DNA of 64,000 bases from Setoptus koraiensis (lineage: Eukaryota > Animalia > Arthropoda), in assembly GCA_048013815.1 (NCBI GenBank), contig CM106586.1:15438001-15502000 (forward strand). Reading direction: 5' to 3'. The position numbers and the translations under genes were made by a program. The notes under the pieces were generated by a model that was given only the letters and a program-made list of their open reading frames with translations, was not told the origin of the DNA and searched no databases. Positions 36,127-49,857 of the stretch are shown here, in pieces (position 1 is the first letter of the stretch; each line of letters begins with the position of its first letter).

Positions 36127-39100
36127 GAAAATAAATCTGCCCGAATACTCGCAAATTGAAAATTCATGCCAGATATTTATAGTGTCGGTGCGCAAATTTG
36201 ATCCCAGCAAAACATCAATTCTCGCCATGTTGATGGCGTGTGTGTGAGGCGCACTGAGATCGCCAGCGCGCCATTGTTTGTCGTCGCATGAGACCAACTT
36301 TCTATCGTCTCGGCACTAACTATTGAATAACTATATCCAGCTATATTGTAAATAACTTACAATACAGCTGGATATAATATATACAATGCTCTGGCAAAAG
36401 TTGTGAAAATAGAAAGCAAATCTCTTGGCAGTATCACACGCCAATTGTGTAACTCACAATTGCGACCAAATCACAATCACTAAATGCAATGCAAGAGGAG
36501 ACAGTGTTTATACAAGCTACAACAGGCAACCGTGACACCAGACACCGAATCGTCTTATCTTGGATTCGGTGCATCCATGCAACCAATGGCTCAACCTTTG
36601 ATAATTGTGTTAACAATAGAACAAGAATAATCAATTTAATGCGATAAATGTAATAATGACAAAAACAAAACAACAAAACAAAACATACTTGGCGACAAGA
36701 CACTCCGACGCAGCTCAACAAAGCAAATTCAATTCAATGGGGTGGCCTGGCCGGGCCAATGACGCAATCATCATAATGTCTACCAATGCCAATGTCTCCA
36801 TCTGCTGATTGAAAAGACGCTCGCTCTCTCATCACTAGATTTAATTGATTGACTTGCAGGCAGTCTTCAATGTTCTTTAATTACTCTAATTAATTCTAGC
36901 GCTAGCGCATCTCTTTTCATGCCATTCCACAACCATGGAAGCGCCGTCCCTCAATCAACTTCAAAGGCATGCACTACTGACGCGACAGATGAACCTGTTC
37001 ACTATAAACTATGACATTTTTTTGTCGCTATTGGTGCACAAACACAACTCACAATTGATAATAATGGTATATGTCTGGTTATTTTATTGTTCACATAACA
37101 ACGTTCTGCCGCCGTAACCACATACATTACTAATTCTACTACTACAACAACTACTACTACTGCCACTACTACTGCAACCATTGCTACTGCTGCTGCTACT
37201 TTCCACAATTACTTTTATTAATTCAACTATAACACAAGCAGGAATTAATTTGATACTCGGAAATTGAAAACGCTTCTTCATTGTTGTTACAGTAGCCGTC
37301 GTTTTTATATCATATATAACACAAGCCTTAGATAATGCCACAAAGTAAAATAAATTAGATAACGACTCGAGCACGGTTCGGGGTTCTGTGTTTGTGTGTT
37401 GCTTCAGAAATTAGTAAGTGTACCAAATGGCAGAACAAATGGATTGATTGAATGGTCGCTGGTCATAGTCGTTATCCAAGTGAAAGCAAACACCCTTAGC
37501 CTGACTGACTGACTGCCTGCGTCTATGGGACATTCATCCGAGTTCGATAGTAAGAAAGAAAGAGAGTGAGAGTGAGATCTTGCAACCAACCGAAAGTAGC
37601 TTGGACAAAGTGCAGAACATGAAACAAAAGAATTAAGGTGAGTGCTTTGTTGAATTCCGATCTCATCAAAACATCGCACATATGGATAGAAGAAAGGAGA
37701 GGGACAGAGAGAGGATATGGCTTTTATAAACAAATGGTAAAGAGAGTTAGACACATTACACAAGTGCAATAGGTTATAAATCTAGGCCAAACAACTAATG
37801 TAATGCATTTAGCCATCATTCACTATGCCATGAGGAGAGGGGGAGAAAGTTGCACAACATAACAAAAGCATGTGGTCTTCATCACAAACAACTACTAATC
37901 GTCGATACTCATAAATTAGTGCGAAGCCTCAAATAATTAATTTCTATCGGCTCTTTATTGAATTGGTATTCTAACACGATAGACAGATAGATACAAAAAA
38001 TAGAGTGATTGAATGACAAATTTGTGCAATAATAACAAAATAGATAACTATAGCAATTAGTGCTACGTACACTAATTGATCATTGTTAATGAATCATGAC
38101 GATGATAATGATGATGACGACTCACGAAGTGATTGAGCCAACATTGACAACAATGCCTTTATAATTCAACCACAGAAAAACATGAACTTTTGTTCTGCTT
38201 CTTCTTATTACATATACCATCTGCGCAGTCATATCACTTTTATATAAATAAATAAAGATATAAAAAGAATTCATTCATAATGGAGAGCATCATCATCATC
38301 GTAGTGATTTGACTTCACTACATTTCACTTCGGTCGGCTCAACTCGACAAAACTAAATACACAAGTACACTCTAGTATAACACGAGCATTAGAGAATCTC
38401 ACCACAGTTCGTTTTACTTCTTTGTTGTTGTTATTGCGTTCATCATAGAAGCAATTAATTAATTAATTAATGGACGGATAGACGAATGGTAGTAGTTGGC
38501 GCCGACAAGACAGATAGTTGGCGTGCAGTAGTAATTAAGTTTAGTAGTCGTCACTTATAGCAGTCCTGTTAAACGACAAATGCATCATTTGCAGGCAACG
38601 AGGCAATTTGGTTGTTGGATTTTTGTTGATGACATGCAGACACATCACAGAAATACACTAATACTAATATGACTATTCACTTGAGCGTGTATGGGCGACA
38701 GGGGAGAGACAGAAAAAAGATAAACACAGCAACACTGACAAATATATACAATCAACTAGATCTCATTTTGTTGATAGATTAAATCAGGAGAAATATACAA
38801 TATAAAAGCCAAACAGCCTAACAATAATGTAATGAATTCGCGAATGATGACCATGTGGAAAGATAATCGACTTTAAGCGTCGACGGCCCCATGTGCACGT
38901 TAAGTGCATTATTTTACTTTAATTGCTTCTCTCTGCTCCTCTCGAGCTGGAAGCCAATCAACAAAATTGATGTTGGCAAACTCATTATAATTATTGTTGT
39001 CATTATTATTACTACTAATATGCAAGACAAAACATCGCCCGGCCACACTAGTTTAGTGATGGTGACGAGGCTATATGAGGGGCCCCAAAACAGATAAAAA

Positions 39101-40597
39101 AGATCGTTTGCGTGTATAGAGTGACGAATGAGTATCACTCGAATGAGTGGGTCCTTGATAGTTTATAACTTGGAATGCCGTGAATAGGACGAATAATTCA
39201 GTCGACTTGCATCGATTATTACTATTACTTATTTGCTGGTTGCTAGTTGCTGGTTACTAGTTGGTTTATATTGCACGTATTGCACCATGTATGAAGCACG
39301 TTAATGCTTGAAGCAATCTATTTGTGGACTTGATTGTGATCGCCGATCAGTGATCACTGATCGTGGCAGCATTGATTATGTTAGTGAGTAAAAAAGTGTT
39401 TCATTTCCACAATCATTGGTCGGTTTATTGATTGGTCACAAGAGATAAAGATTGCGATGGCATCAACTTATCAGGCTTAAGAGTAAAACGTTATCTGAGT
39501 TAGTGATGTGTAGCCACTATGTTATATAGTGATAGTCAAATATCTAAATGTATCGCGGACACAATTGGGTTAGTACTCGAACAAACAATCATGTCATCAG
39601 CGTCATTATCATGATTTCATGTCCATCGATCGATGGGCATGAGTGATACTCAGATCGGTTATTGCTACCAACAGCAACTATGCCTATCACAATGAGCTCC
39701 ATCATTAATATTTCGAGTATTGGCTGTTAGTTCTTCTTGCTTAATGCAATGATATTCTGATTCCATCACAACAAATACCCGTACCACTCTACCAAGGGTA
39801 GTTGATAGTATATCACACTACCGAGCAACAATACACATGAGATATAGCACATTAACTATTATACAAGCTATTGAATGAGTTATATAACTACTGCTATCGT
39901 CTCAATAATAACTATCAAGCAACAGAGAGAATTAGGATTAACAAGAATGGATTGCACACGAGAGAAAGAGAGGGAGAGAGCGCTTGGAAATAATAAAAAG
40001 AAAGAGGCAGCAACTCCAAGAGATGGGATAGTCACTAAGGGGGGATCTTGTGATGTCGTTTTTATAATATATGTGTTCTATTTAATGTCCATGTGCATGA
40101 CTGAGTTTTTACTTTCGCTGATAGTGATCGCTACTTTTCACGCGCTCCGCCACGTCAACTAAAAAACTAATCATGCTTTGCTACTCATTTGTCAGTAGTT
40201 GTTGCACGTGCAAACGATTGTAGCTAACTGATAAAAAGATTTAAAGGATAGAGATCCGATGCCGATACAGTAGAGATGGCCATCAAGAATGATCGCAACT
40301 GCCTTCGAGAGTCCAAGTTTCAATAAGGATTATGCTCATTCGCGCGTTCAATATCATTCGCAAAAACTACAACGCGATCGCAACGTTCAATCTCTTGGAT
40401 CCAGTACACATCTATACAACATAGTCCCAATACGTGATTCTACGAGGCAAATGTAAACTTTCCTAGTTATCGGAAGTTCTTTAATTAACCATGACACTGC
40501 AAGTTTATTATTGACTGAAATTGGGTTCTATCAGTAAAAAAATATACAATATATATATATATATATATATATTAAATGACGAACTGTCTAAAATTCA

Positions 40598-41319
40598 GTA
40601 TGTGACAGCCACACAAGGAGGGCCCAACTTGTAATTATATATCAAACAACTATCTGTGACATTTGTTATCTAGATGTATTGTTTATGTGACTTTCCGACT
40701 TGAAGTTGTCACTACTTCGTTAGTACGTTTACTTGTAGTTGCAGTCAAACCCGGCCTGGCTGTCTTGTTAGTGAAGTTGATATTCCTGCTTTTGTTGCCG
40801 TTGATTGTGATTTATGAAGAAAAAATATCTACTCAATGAAGTGTTTGCGTTGTTGTGCCATACGACGATGCTATTAGACATTTCTACGAATTTTAAGTGA
40901 TTTTTCGCGACTGTTGTGACAATTATTACAATGATGTTAGTTCTATTAGTTGGTTCGCTCAATTTAATAGATTACAAGAGGCATGGAGAGATGTGTCTGC
41001 GAAATAGTTATATTCTGCAGTCGTCATTTATCTTGCTTGATCATTTTTATCGCACTAAATTTATACACACGGCGTAGCATTATTTCTCATTATAATAGTA
41101 GTAGAGATAATATTGTTGCATTATTATCGATGATAATAATATTAATAATGTAATATTAACACACAATCAACACTAACTCTGTATTGTTATCGCTGCTAAC
41201 ATCATCAATGCTCCAATGATATTAGCAATTTTGACTAGTTGATACAAGCGAGCGTCTGCAATACAGTACTTGTATGTGTACAAACGAGTCATCAATATAT
41301 CAACAATATGTTTATTACA
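40598..41319. repeat. Direct repeat copy B (partner 32328-33065)
   Basis: Core 40889-41118; lies directly 3' of STX18. Confidence 0.95.
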
Positions 41320-41401
41320 CATGATAACAAACAGTAATAATAAATCAACTCATCAGTATAAGGTAACATGTCTCTGAAAAATTATTAGGTTTCTTTTCCC
41401 C

Positions 41402-42376
41402 CTACGCATTATACCAATCTAGAAATAAAATTGTAAGTCCAAGCGTAATGATATAGAATAGAAAGAAGGCTCGGGTGCTGGCATTCTTCATCATGGCATC
41501 TCGGATGAGTTCATTACCCTCACGAACGTTCTCACTCGATCTTATAGCAGTGTCGTGCAATCTACTTAATTCAACGTCTTGCTCCATGACTTTTTCAGTG
41601 AACAATTGCTGTAATTTTGCAATCTGAACCACTTTGCTTCCTATGGTTTTTATCTCATCCACTACTGACAATAGTTCATCGTGGATAGCAGAATTTTCCT
41701 CTTGAAGCTGTACCTGTGTCAATGTTAGATTCATCTCCTGTGAGGGGGTCTCTTCGTATGTGGAAAGTTGATTGAAATCATCAGATCGGACTTGTGGACG
41801 TCCCAAAAAAGAATCAGTATTCTCGGTAATGGACGATGATAATGAAGCGTACGACTTGTCGTCTAGTTTTTCCTCCTCGGACATAGCCTTATAGTCTATG
41901 GTTTCCTTTTTGACTGAAATTTGTTCAAGTCTATCCATTTGTTGTCTCTCAATGAGACGTTTCACCCTTAATGTCCTCAATTCACTATAGCATCTTACAA
42001 AATCGTTCAAATGCCTCATCACCAATTCCACGATCGCCACCCTGTGATTGATCATCTGGTTGGAATTTGTAAATTTCGTCACCTCTGCTTGTAATAGATT
42101 TAGTTTTTTGTTACATACTTGTATGAATGTCTCTACATCATTTTCTAACTGCTCCCGAGATGAGTCACTCATGGTTTTCCCTGGTAGACATGAGTAGATG
42201 CCTAAATAATCTTCGGCCCGTTTGACAAGATGACACCGCATTTTTGTCATCATGGTAACTACACTGGTAGCTACAGAATTAAATTCACTGCCATTATTGA
42301 ATGATGTGGGTCTTCTCGAGGATGTAGATTCTTGATGGCCCTTAGTTAATTGAATAAATAGAGCCGTCTGGTCCAT
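41402..42376 (-). CDS. STX18: Syntaxin-18 (ER Qa-SNARE), intronless
   Basis: N-terminal MDQTALF, SNARE motif (IAKLQQLFTEKVMEQD...NVREGNELIRDA) and C-terminal TM ending LFLDWYN. Confidence 0.9.
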   Translation of the reverse strand: MDQTALFIQLTKGHQESTSSRRPTSFNNGSEFNSVATSVVTMMTKMRCHLVKRAEDYLGIYSCLPGKTMSDSSREQLENDVETFIQVCNKKLNLLQAEVTKFTNSNQMINHRVAIVELVMRHLNDFVRCYSELRTLRVKRLIERQQMDRLEQISVKKETIDYKAMSEEEKLDDKSYASLSSSITENTDSFLGRPQVRSDDFNQLSTYEETPSQEMNLTLTQVQLQEENSAIHDELLSVVDEIKTIGSKVVQIAKLQQLFTEKVMEQDVELSRLHDTAIRSSENVREGNELIRDAMMKNASTRAFFLFYIITLGLTILFLDWYNA

Positions 42377-42805
42377 GTTTCTTCATACAGAATAAATGAT
42401 GCAAACAGATTATCCTCATGGAAACAATATTACTGTAATAAGCACATTCGAATCCATTCGAATACGAACGGTTTCAAAAGCGAAAGCTTCAAAATCGAGT
42501 TTTCCAATGCAAGAATAGTAAACATCTGATCGCGTATTGTTGCCAAATGTTGTTTGCAATGACGTAACACGTTGTCCGCGCTTTTTGAACTATGCGCTTG
42601 TCAGTTTTAGAGCATGCGTTATTCAATTTATGGCCCATAGTTGACCCAATTTTGGGGCCCCATTCTAACGGAGCCCAACCAATCCGTTTTCATAATGAGA
42701 AACGAATCTAGTCGCAAAATCATATTTAACATTTATTATCATCACTATTAATACTATTATTACAATTATTATTCTCACATAGTTATATTTAACCAAATAG
42801 CTGAT

Positions 42806-43654
42806 ATGCGTATCGTACAGAGAAATTCCACTACTACCTTGATAAATAATTTCAGCATGACTGACCACAACTCCACGGCTCTCATTCTGCTGACAGATGA
42901 GCTGAAGCCTTGTCTATTGTTCCGCATGGCAAAACGGCTGGCCCTCATTTCCGACAACATACTGGATTATCTTGAGAGCCGTCTCACCGAAAATACTGCC
43001 ACTTCAATTGCGTCACTCAGCATCCTGATAATAGTTATTTCAATAGTGTGTTGCTTCATTGCTGGCCTCATGAGAGAAGAAGAGAAAAGACTAAAGGAAC
43101 AGTATAAAAGATTAGGCGAAAGGATTAACACCTCTCTCGGTATAGCTGGTAACCGGTCTGGCCTACATAGAGTATCCGAGAATCGTCTTATAGTACACGA
43201 ATTGAGACGGGAAACGTATTTTGGTTTAATTAGGTTATCAAAACCTGGATGCCGCACAATAGTTTTGTTATGCGACACACAATCAAGGTTGAAATTATTA
43301 CCAAAATTCTACGCTTGCGTCTATCCATACAGAAGAAATAAGACTCTCTCATTCGCCTTCCTTCTCATAGAAAAAAATATTGAATGGTATAAGGAACTAC
43401 TAAGACTGGCCCTAAATGAAAAACGTGAATTGCATATCAACCCTAAGAACTGTACTGGCACTATTTTAGCCCTTAGCGGATTTAAGAAATATTTTTGCGT
43501 TTACCATGCTAGCGACTCGCGATTCGACCCGGAAGAGCCTGAAGTTTTGTTGGAGGAATCTCTATTAGACGATTTATCATGCTGGCTTGAGAAACTATTC
43601 GCTGGTAAACCTAGCCGATATCATGTCAAATATTGGCCTGATCATATGAAGTGA
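42806..43654 (+). CDS. DNAJC16: DNAJC16-like protein, TM plus C-terminal region only (no J or thioredoxin domain)
   Basis: LTDELKPCLL, TM helix, ELRRETYFGLIRLSKPGCRTIVL, INPKNCTGTILAL and C-terminal LSCWLEKLF.G...RY....WP resemble the DNAJC16 C-terminus. Confidence 0.75.
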   Translation: MRIVQRNSTTTLINNFSMTDHNSTALILLTDELKPCLLFRMAKRLALISDNILDYLESRLTENTATSIASLSILIIVISIVCCFIAGLMREEEKRLKEQYKRLGERINTSLGIAGNRSGLHRVSENRLIVHELRRETYFGLIRLSKPGCRTIVLLCDTQSRLKLLPKFYACVYPYRRNKTLSFAFLLIEKNIEWYKELLRLALNEKRELHINPKNCTGTILALSGFKKYFCVYHASDSRFDPEEPEVLLEESLLDDLSCWLEKLFAGKPSRYHVKYWPDHMK

Positions 43655-43685
43655 ATTGATTACAATATTACTTTTTATTACAGCG

Positions 43686-44204
43686 TTAAACGTCCTGAGC
43701 TCTTACAGGGTGAGGAAGAGGCTTGATAGACCTCTTATGAACGTCCTTAGTCAAGGCTTTTCGCATATCGTATGCATCTTCATCGGGATCCCCGGAATAA
43801 TAATCAATGACCCTCCGATAAACACTATATCCGAGCCTCTCATACATGGCCACGGCAACACTGTTCGATTGACGAACAAACAAGTCTACAAAGTATGCTT
43901 GCTTGTGGTCCGAGGTGTTTTCAAATTCATTCATTAATTTGGCAGCCAGATTATTGCGTCGGTAAATAGTTGCAACACTCAAAGCCGTCACATGACCGTG
44001 CCAATTTTCCGCGTGGCCCTCTATTTTGGCCATTATATACGCCATCATTTCCCCATTTGCGTTAGTGCATGCGATGAAACAATCAGGCCACCTCTCTAGG
44101 TATTGTAGGTAAAATGTCAATCCATATGTCTCTGTCAGTGGGTCCAGATTGATTTCATTGAGATGAAAGAGATCGTTGCAAGTGAATGGTCTAATATTAG
44201 TCAT
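43686..44204 (-). CDS. NAA20: N-alpha-acetyltransferase 20 (NatB catalytic subunit), intronless
   Basis: MTNIRPFTCNDLF..INLDPLTETY, WHGHVTALSV, FVDLFVRQSNSVA and DEDAYDMRKAL motifs. Confidence 0.97.
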   Translation of the reverse strand: MTNIRPFTCNDLFHLNEINLDPLTETYGLTFYLQYLERWPDCFIACTNANGEMMAYIMAKIEGHAENWHGHVTALSVATIYRRNNLAAKLMNEFENTSDHKQAYFVDLFVRQSNSVAVAMYERLGYSVYRRVIDYYSGDPDEDAYDMRKALTKDVHKRSIKPLPHPVRAQDV

Positions 44205-44817
44205 GGTGACAATTTTATACAATTATAATTTAATAAATATATATATATATGCATACATATACATATATATATATATGTATATATACAGTGTAATACTAAT
44301 ACAGTGTAGTAGTGAAAATGATAATATTTTTGTTGTCCCAAAGCTTCTCTGCATTCGTACCGGGTTCGAATGATTTGCTCGACCATGGCCAATTGTGCAT
44401 AGGCCTACGCGCACTAACATGTGCGACGCCCCGATACCCGCACATGAGGCATCTGCCACGCCCCTGTCACACCTTTTTTACGCCCGCACACATGAATCTG
44501 TTTCAATATGTACTGTTTATCCGGATATAGAGACTGTTTACTAGAGGTGAGGCGACTGAAAACAAAGGTGCAGAAGTGGCTTTAACTTATAACTATTTAT
44601 TGTAAAAAAGGTACAGGACAAGGTCTCGTCTATGCGGACGGAAAAGTGGTTAATTGTCTCTCGGAGCACTATAATATAGATGCTATACTTGGAACAATGC
44701 GCTTGGAACATGATTTCGAAATTGTTCTTCAACAAGCAACAACATCTTTTGTGTATGGAAATTATCATCATCACTTTGAGTGTCATGATGCGATGATCAT
44801 AATTGTATGTAAGCAAA

Positions 44818-46642
44818 CTAAGTTGAGATATCGGAATGGCCTTGGGATTTGTTGGACAATTCAACTGTCGGTATGGTCTGGGTTAAGTCTTCCTCGTCTG
44901 GCTTTATGCACAAAGTTAGCTTCTGTATAAAAGTACTAACATTATCTATAGATTTCTGGTAGAGTTTTGGCTTCTCCTTCCAGTTGTAAGTGAGATAATA
45001 AACTGGAATACCAAATGAAAGTATACTTATTGCAACGACTGCGCCCCAAAAGTTTGCATAAATAGGTAAACAGATCAATAAGATGGATACAAGCAAATAT
45101 AATATTGGTAATATTAGGCTCACTCTGAGCGGACGCGATATGTCTGGGTACTTGTAGCGCAACATGATCACAGTTGATACTGACAATGCCGAGAATGAAG
45201 CCTCTACCAATACTAGATAGTTGATTAGATTGTGAATTCTCGTTGTTGACAAATATATCAATGATAGAGCGCCCAAAAATAACAAACTTGGAACGGGACT
45301 CAAACGATTCACACTTATCATTGATAGAATGTCTGGCAAGTGACCTTGGCGAGCTCCAACAAACAATATTCTTGAAGAAGAGAATATGGCCGCATTCAAA
45401 CCACTCGTTGTAGATAGGGCCACAGCAATTGGCATCACCCATCGGAAATAGCCCAAGACTCTGTCACCAAAAGTGACAGCGATAGCGTTTGAATCAAGAA
45501 TTTCCGCCGGTGTCAACACGGTAAAGTACGATATATTTGTTAAAACATATATAACAGTTACCATAAACATGGATATAGTTATTGCTCTTGGGAGATTGAC
45601 AAGTGGATTCTTGAGTTCCTCCGTAACAAAGTTGAGTGCATTCCTGAATAGTTCATGTCATTAGATTTGTACAGGGTGTGAAGATGAGCTTACAATTTCT
45701 TTTTTTTTTATATATATATATTTATATTGGATAGTTAAGCTACGAATAGAGGATCAAAATAACTTGTCAATCGTCTTGTCTCATATTTCTGATAATGATC
45801 TGAATTGTCAAAGCGGCACTCTCTCTCTCTCTCTCTCCCTCCCTCTCTTACTTACCATCCAGAATAGCAGTATATACCCGAGTAGAATGCAACGGCCAAA
45901 TGTCCTAAATCTGTCTGCGAATTATCCATCAACTTGTGATAGGTGAGATTATCGACTTTTCCTGCGATTGGTCCAATGATATAACCATTAGTCAATCTTG
46001 GTTGATCTGTCTAGATTAAGCAGTTTAGTCATTTTAGATTGATAACTTACCTATAATAATATAGTATATTCCAAAGAGAATTATTAAAAATAGAGCAAGC
46101 AGTTTGGCAAATGTAAATGAATTCTGAATCCTAAGAGACCATTTGACACTAATACAATTGACTGAAATTAGGGTCACCAAAATGAACACTGCCACAAGGC
46201 GAACGGCATCCTCAGGTAATGGACAATCGAGATAGATTGGTTGCAATAGATAATTGGCAAACGTTAATGCCGCTACGGCATTTCCACCGGGAATAATAAT
46301 CATAACAGTTACCCATAAAAATAAAAATGAAGGCAATGATCCATAGGCCTTGTTTATGTAAGAATAATCACCACCTGATTCTGGCATACAAGTTCCTAGT
46401 TCCGCAAAACATTGAGCGCCTAACCAAGACAGTAGTCCACATAAAGCCCAGACAATAATCGCTACACCAGGTGATCCAGCTTCACTAAGTACCCCCTTGG
46501 GAGTCACAAATATACCCGAACCAATAATAACACCTACGATGATAGATACACCTTCTAATAGTCCTAATTGTCTTTTTAGTCGAACCTTGGTCGAGTTGGG
46601 ATTCTGGTCAACAAGCTCGGTATTTGTGTAACTATTAGTCAT
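44818..46642 (-). CDS. SLC7A: SLC7 L-type amino acid transporter light chain; exons 46642-46051, 45961-45856, 45643-44818
   Basis: IIGSGIFVTPKG, AELGTCMPESGGDY, AFYSGIYCYSGW|NALNFVTEELKNP..NLPRAI and SRILFVGARQGHLP. GT-AG introns of 89 and 212 bp join in frame. Confidence 0.93.
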
Positions 46643-49600
46643 TGTCGCACCTGTTCGATCGCAGTTGATTGATTTTTTTCTGTTAATAACTGGACAAGAA
46701 TATACTCGCTCAGATTCATATAAATAGAATAGTAGTGGGTTGCTAAATTGCTCTGTAAAATCACTCGCAAATCACGAGAATATCATCAATCTTGAGATGT
46801 TTACGAATCAAACGCGAATCGCAAAATGCTGTTGTGACTAATACAGTTGTACTCAAAAGATTTGTGGTGTGCTTTCATTAATAGTTACAGACCACGAAAA
46901 AGTGTAATACAAATCATGTAACATGCCAAGAAAACAGATGAGCAAAACAGTATGACATGATACTTAACTAAATTAAGATTGTCACATATTTGATTTGCTC
47001 CACATAACAATCTCAATTAGACGATCGTGGTAGCATGGTTCCGATACAACAAAGTATTACAATATTTGTCGTTTATGTTGTGACTTATTAGGTCAATATA
47101 CTTCTTATAGTCAGCACTGGGTGACACAAGTTGAACATGATTGGTTGATCGTATCACCTACATTACGCTAGTATAACTGACACATTGAGATCAATTTACA
47201 CATGTTAATGAACAATCCACAAGTGAAATAATTGATTTAGATCCTCATTGTGTCATCATCGAAACAAAAAAAAACAACTCGAGGCCCAACAGATCCTTTG
47301 ACGCCGACTCAATAAACTCAACAATACTATGTGACCTTCTTAATTAAGCCTGTGATGACATGATGATTGACAGTTATCTAGAAAGTTATATTCTAAGATC
47401 TCTCTAGAGTAAATATGAACTGATCATGAAGTATCTTAGATTTTTTTACTGCTGAGCTTTCATCGAGATAGATTGACGCTAATTAACTTACCAAATTCAT
47501 TCGAATATGGGAGTACTTGAAACTAAATTTTTGTTGCCAAGCTACGATGTTTTTTTTAAGACTTATTGATTATAAAAAACTGACATTGAGCTGACAGAGC
47601 GGGATCGTAAACTCTAGCATAACATTTTAAGTCTGTTGACTCGAACTCAGCGTGAAAAACTTGGCCGATCTAGTAACAAGTAAACGAGGGAGCTGATATC
47701 TCAAATTATCCGTCAACTGATATGCACTTATGAATCTAAGGCCTCTTCCTAACTATGTCAAGGATGTTATATGACTCTCATCTTTACTATTGCATTCGGA
47801 GTTTTGAATAATGAAGCTAATATATGAGTAGTACTAGCGCCTGCAGTCGTTTCATAACACGAATATAACCTTTGATAGTTCATCGAGGGGTTATGCAATT
47901 GTTTAGTCATTTACAGTCAACGATTATCGAACAGGTATTTCATTTAGTCTAGACAGTCTACAGTTAGACGCGATGATACGCATCATCGCTAATAAAATAA
48001 TAGTTACCCTTGGATGCAAAATCCATGTTATGTAATTTGATGTATGATCAGATCATGGTAACTAGATACATGAAAGGACTGTCGCTATGCAGTAAAATAT
48101 TCTCGTTTCAAAGTTGTTACTAGCCGAAGTTTTGTTTCCAACCACTCTCATTATTATCAATACATCAGATATTGCAGTCACGCTACATTTGCAAGATATT
48201 AGGAAGATTACAATGAGCGTTACAAGTGTCCTTGATGTTTTCCTTGCATCAGAGAGTGCTATCTATGTAATGAAACACATGTTGATATCGTTGAAGTAAA
48301 CATACGATTGTATCAGCAATTCTGTGAGCTCAAAATTCGAGAACAGCAATCACCCCAATGAATGGTTACTAAGATCATGAGATTTTCAGAATTGAGTTGG
48401 CAACCATAGTCTAATATCGGCAGCTTGCTGATCAATTATATATTAATATCCTGATTAATAGTTTCTTTTTAAGTGATCGGCTTTGTGAGCTTTGGAGTTT
48501 TTACTCCTTCACTCAACTATGATAAAGAACGTCCAAAGCAAGCTGCTCGCGAGAGGGAGACAAAGCAAACAATTTTTATATAAATTATCGAATAATATCT
48601 GCCTGATTTGAGTGATCATCCTGGCATCAGGACTTCTCGGATTGACTCTCCTGGTATCACAGTCAGAACATTTCGTTATTGAAGGCACAACTCATTCGAT
48701 TCGTACATGTAGAGGATCGATTGATTTATTGAACCATCTAACAGGAGAACGCGCGAGAGTATGTCCCATGTCACAAACATTACGAACTTATACATTCGAT
48801 ACTTTTCGAGCGGTCGGATATATGGTTTTACATGAATACAAGATTAATATTGGATATTCTAAGTTATGAAAGTCAAAAGAGTTCAAAACGCCAACTATAG
48901 ATGGTGAATTAGATGCGAGTTGAGAATAGGTACCGATGTGACGCAATATTGAACAGAGACGATGACAGATGGTATTATAGAAGGAAAATCTTTTTTTCGC
49001 GACTATTTCGAACATACAGGAACTTGTGTTTCGCTTCACTAGTGCATCGACGTGGCTAATGTTTTTTTGAGAGTGCAACTTGAGTAAAAATCACTGAAAA
49101 CAGGTTTTTTCCGTACAGATTCAATGTGTTTGACGACTTTAATCCAGCAATCTTTATCCCAAAGAGCTGTAACATTTATAAACTTGAACTGGTGAGGTCC
49201 GTTGTCTAGTTGTCGAACATGCTCTATTATTGTGCGGCAATGAGCTAGCTTTATGTCGGCTGCACATTACATTCTTTCGCCACAAATAATGAATAATCTC
49301 ATGTGTTTCTATCAACAAATGTTGAAGGGGAGAAAAAACCATCAGTTTATCATCAGTGCCTTGTTTAGAAACTGTGGACACCCTCGGTTGATATTATTCT
49401 CCAGGTTTTGCCAGTACGTTTCGAATTTGCACACTTCGAAATCCTCGAATCTCACCGAATCCCCAAACAGAGGAGAAAACTGAGGGGAGATTCTCGATGA
49501 TGGGAGATTGTTTCTTTCTGTTGTCTCTATCGAACGGCAACATGTTGACAACAGGTGTGCAGCAGGTCTCCCTGCTGCACCATTCATTTCTCCCTGCACA

Positions 49601-49857
49601 CCACGGTAAGAGGAAAGTGTGCTTTCAGGGCGAAAAGAAACATTTGGATGCAGAAGAAACATTGTCGATCATCAGGGTATTTTTAGAGTCCAGCACACAA
49701 TAAACAATGTTCATCTAGAAAATAAATAAATGCTATTATCTTCGACGGTCGCCATTCGGAAATAATGTAAGGCCACCATTACGATCTTCATTCATATTTG
49801 GATTGCACAAAAGGATAACTAATCTCAGGCACGACGTTTGGATGAAAATCTCATGGA

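Noticed and set aside
33300-40500. Protein-coding genes in the region upstream of LMO
   Set aside because: The ORFs are short, repeat-derived and lack recognisable domains; treated as regulatory or intergenic DNA.
44340-44385. tRNA suggested by GGTTCGAAT
   Set aside because: No complementary T-stem or cloverleaf.
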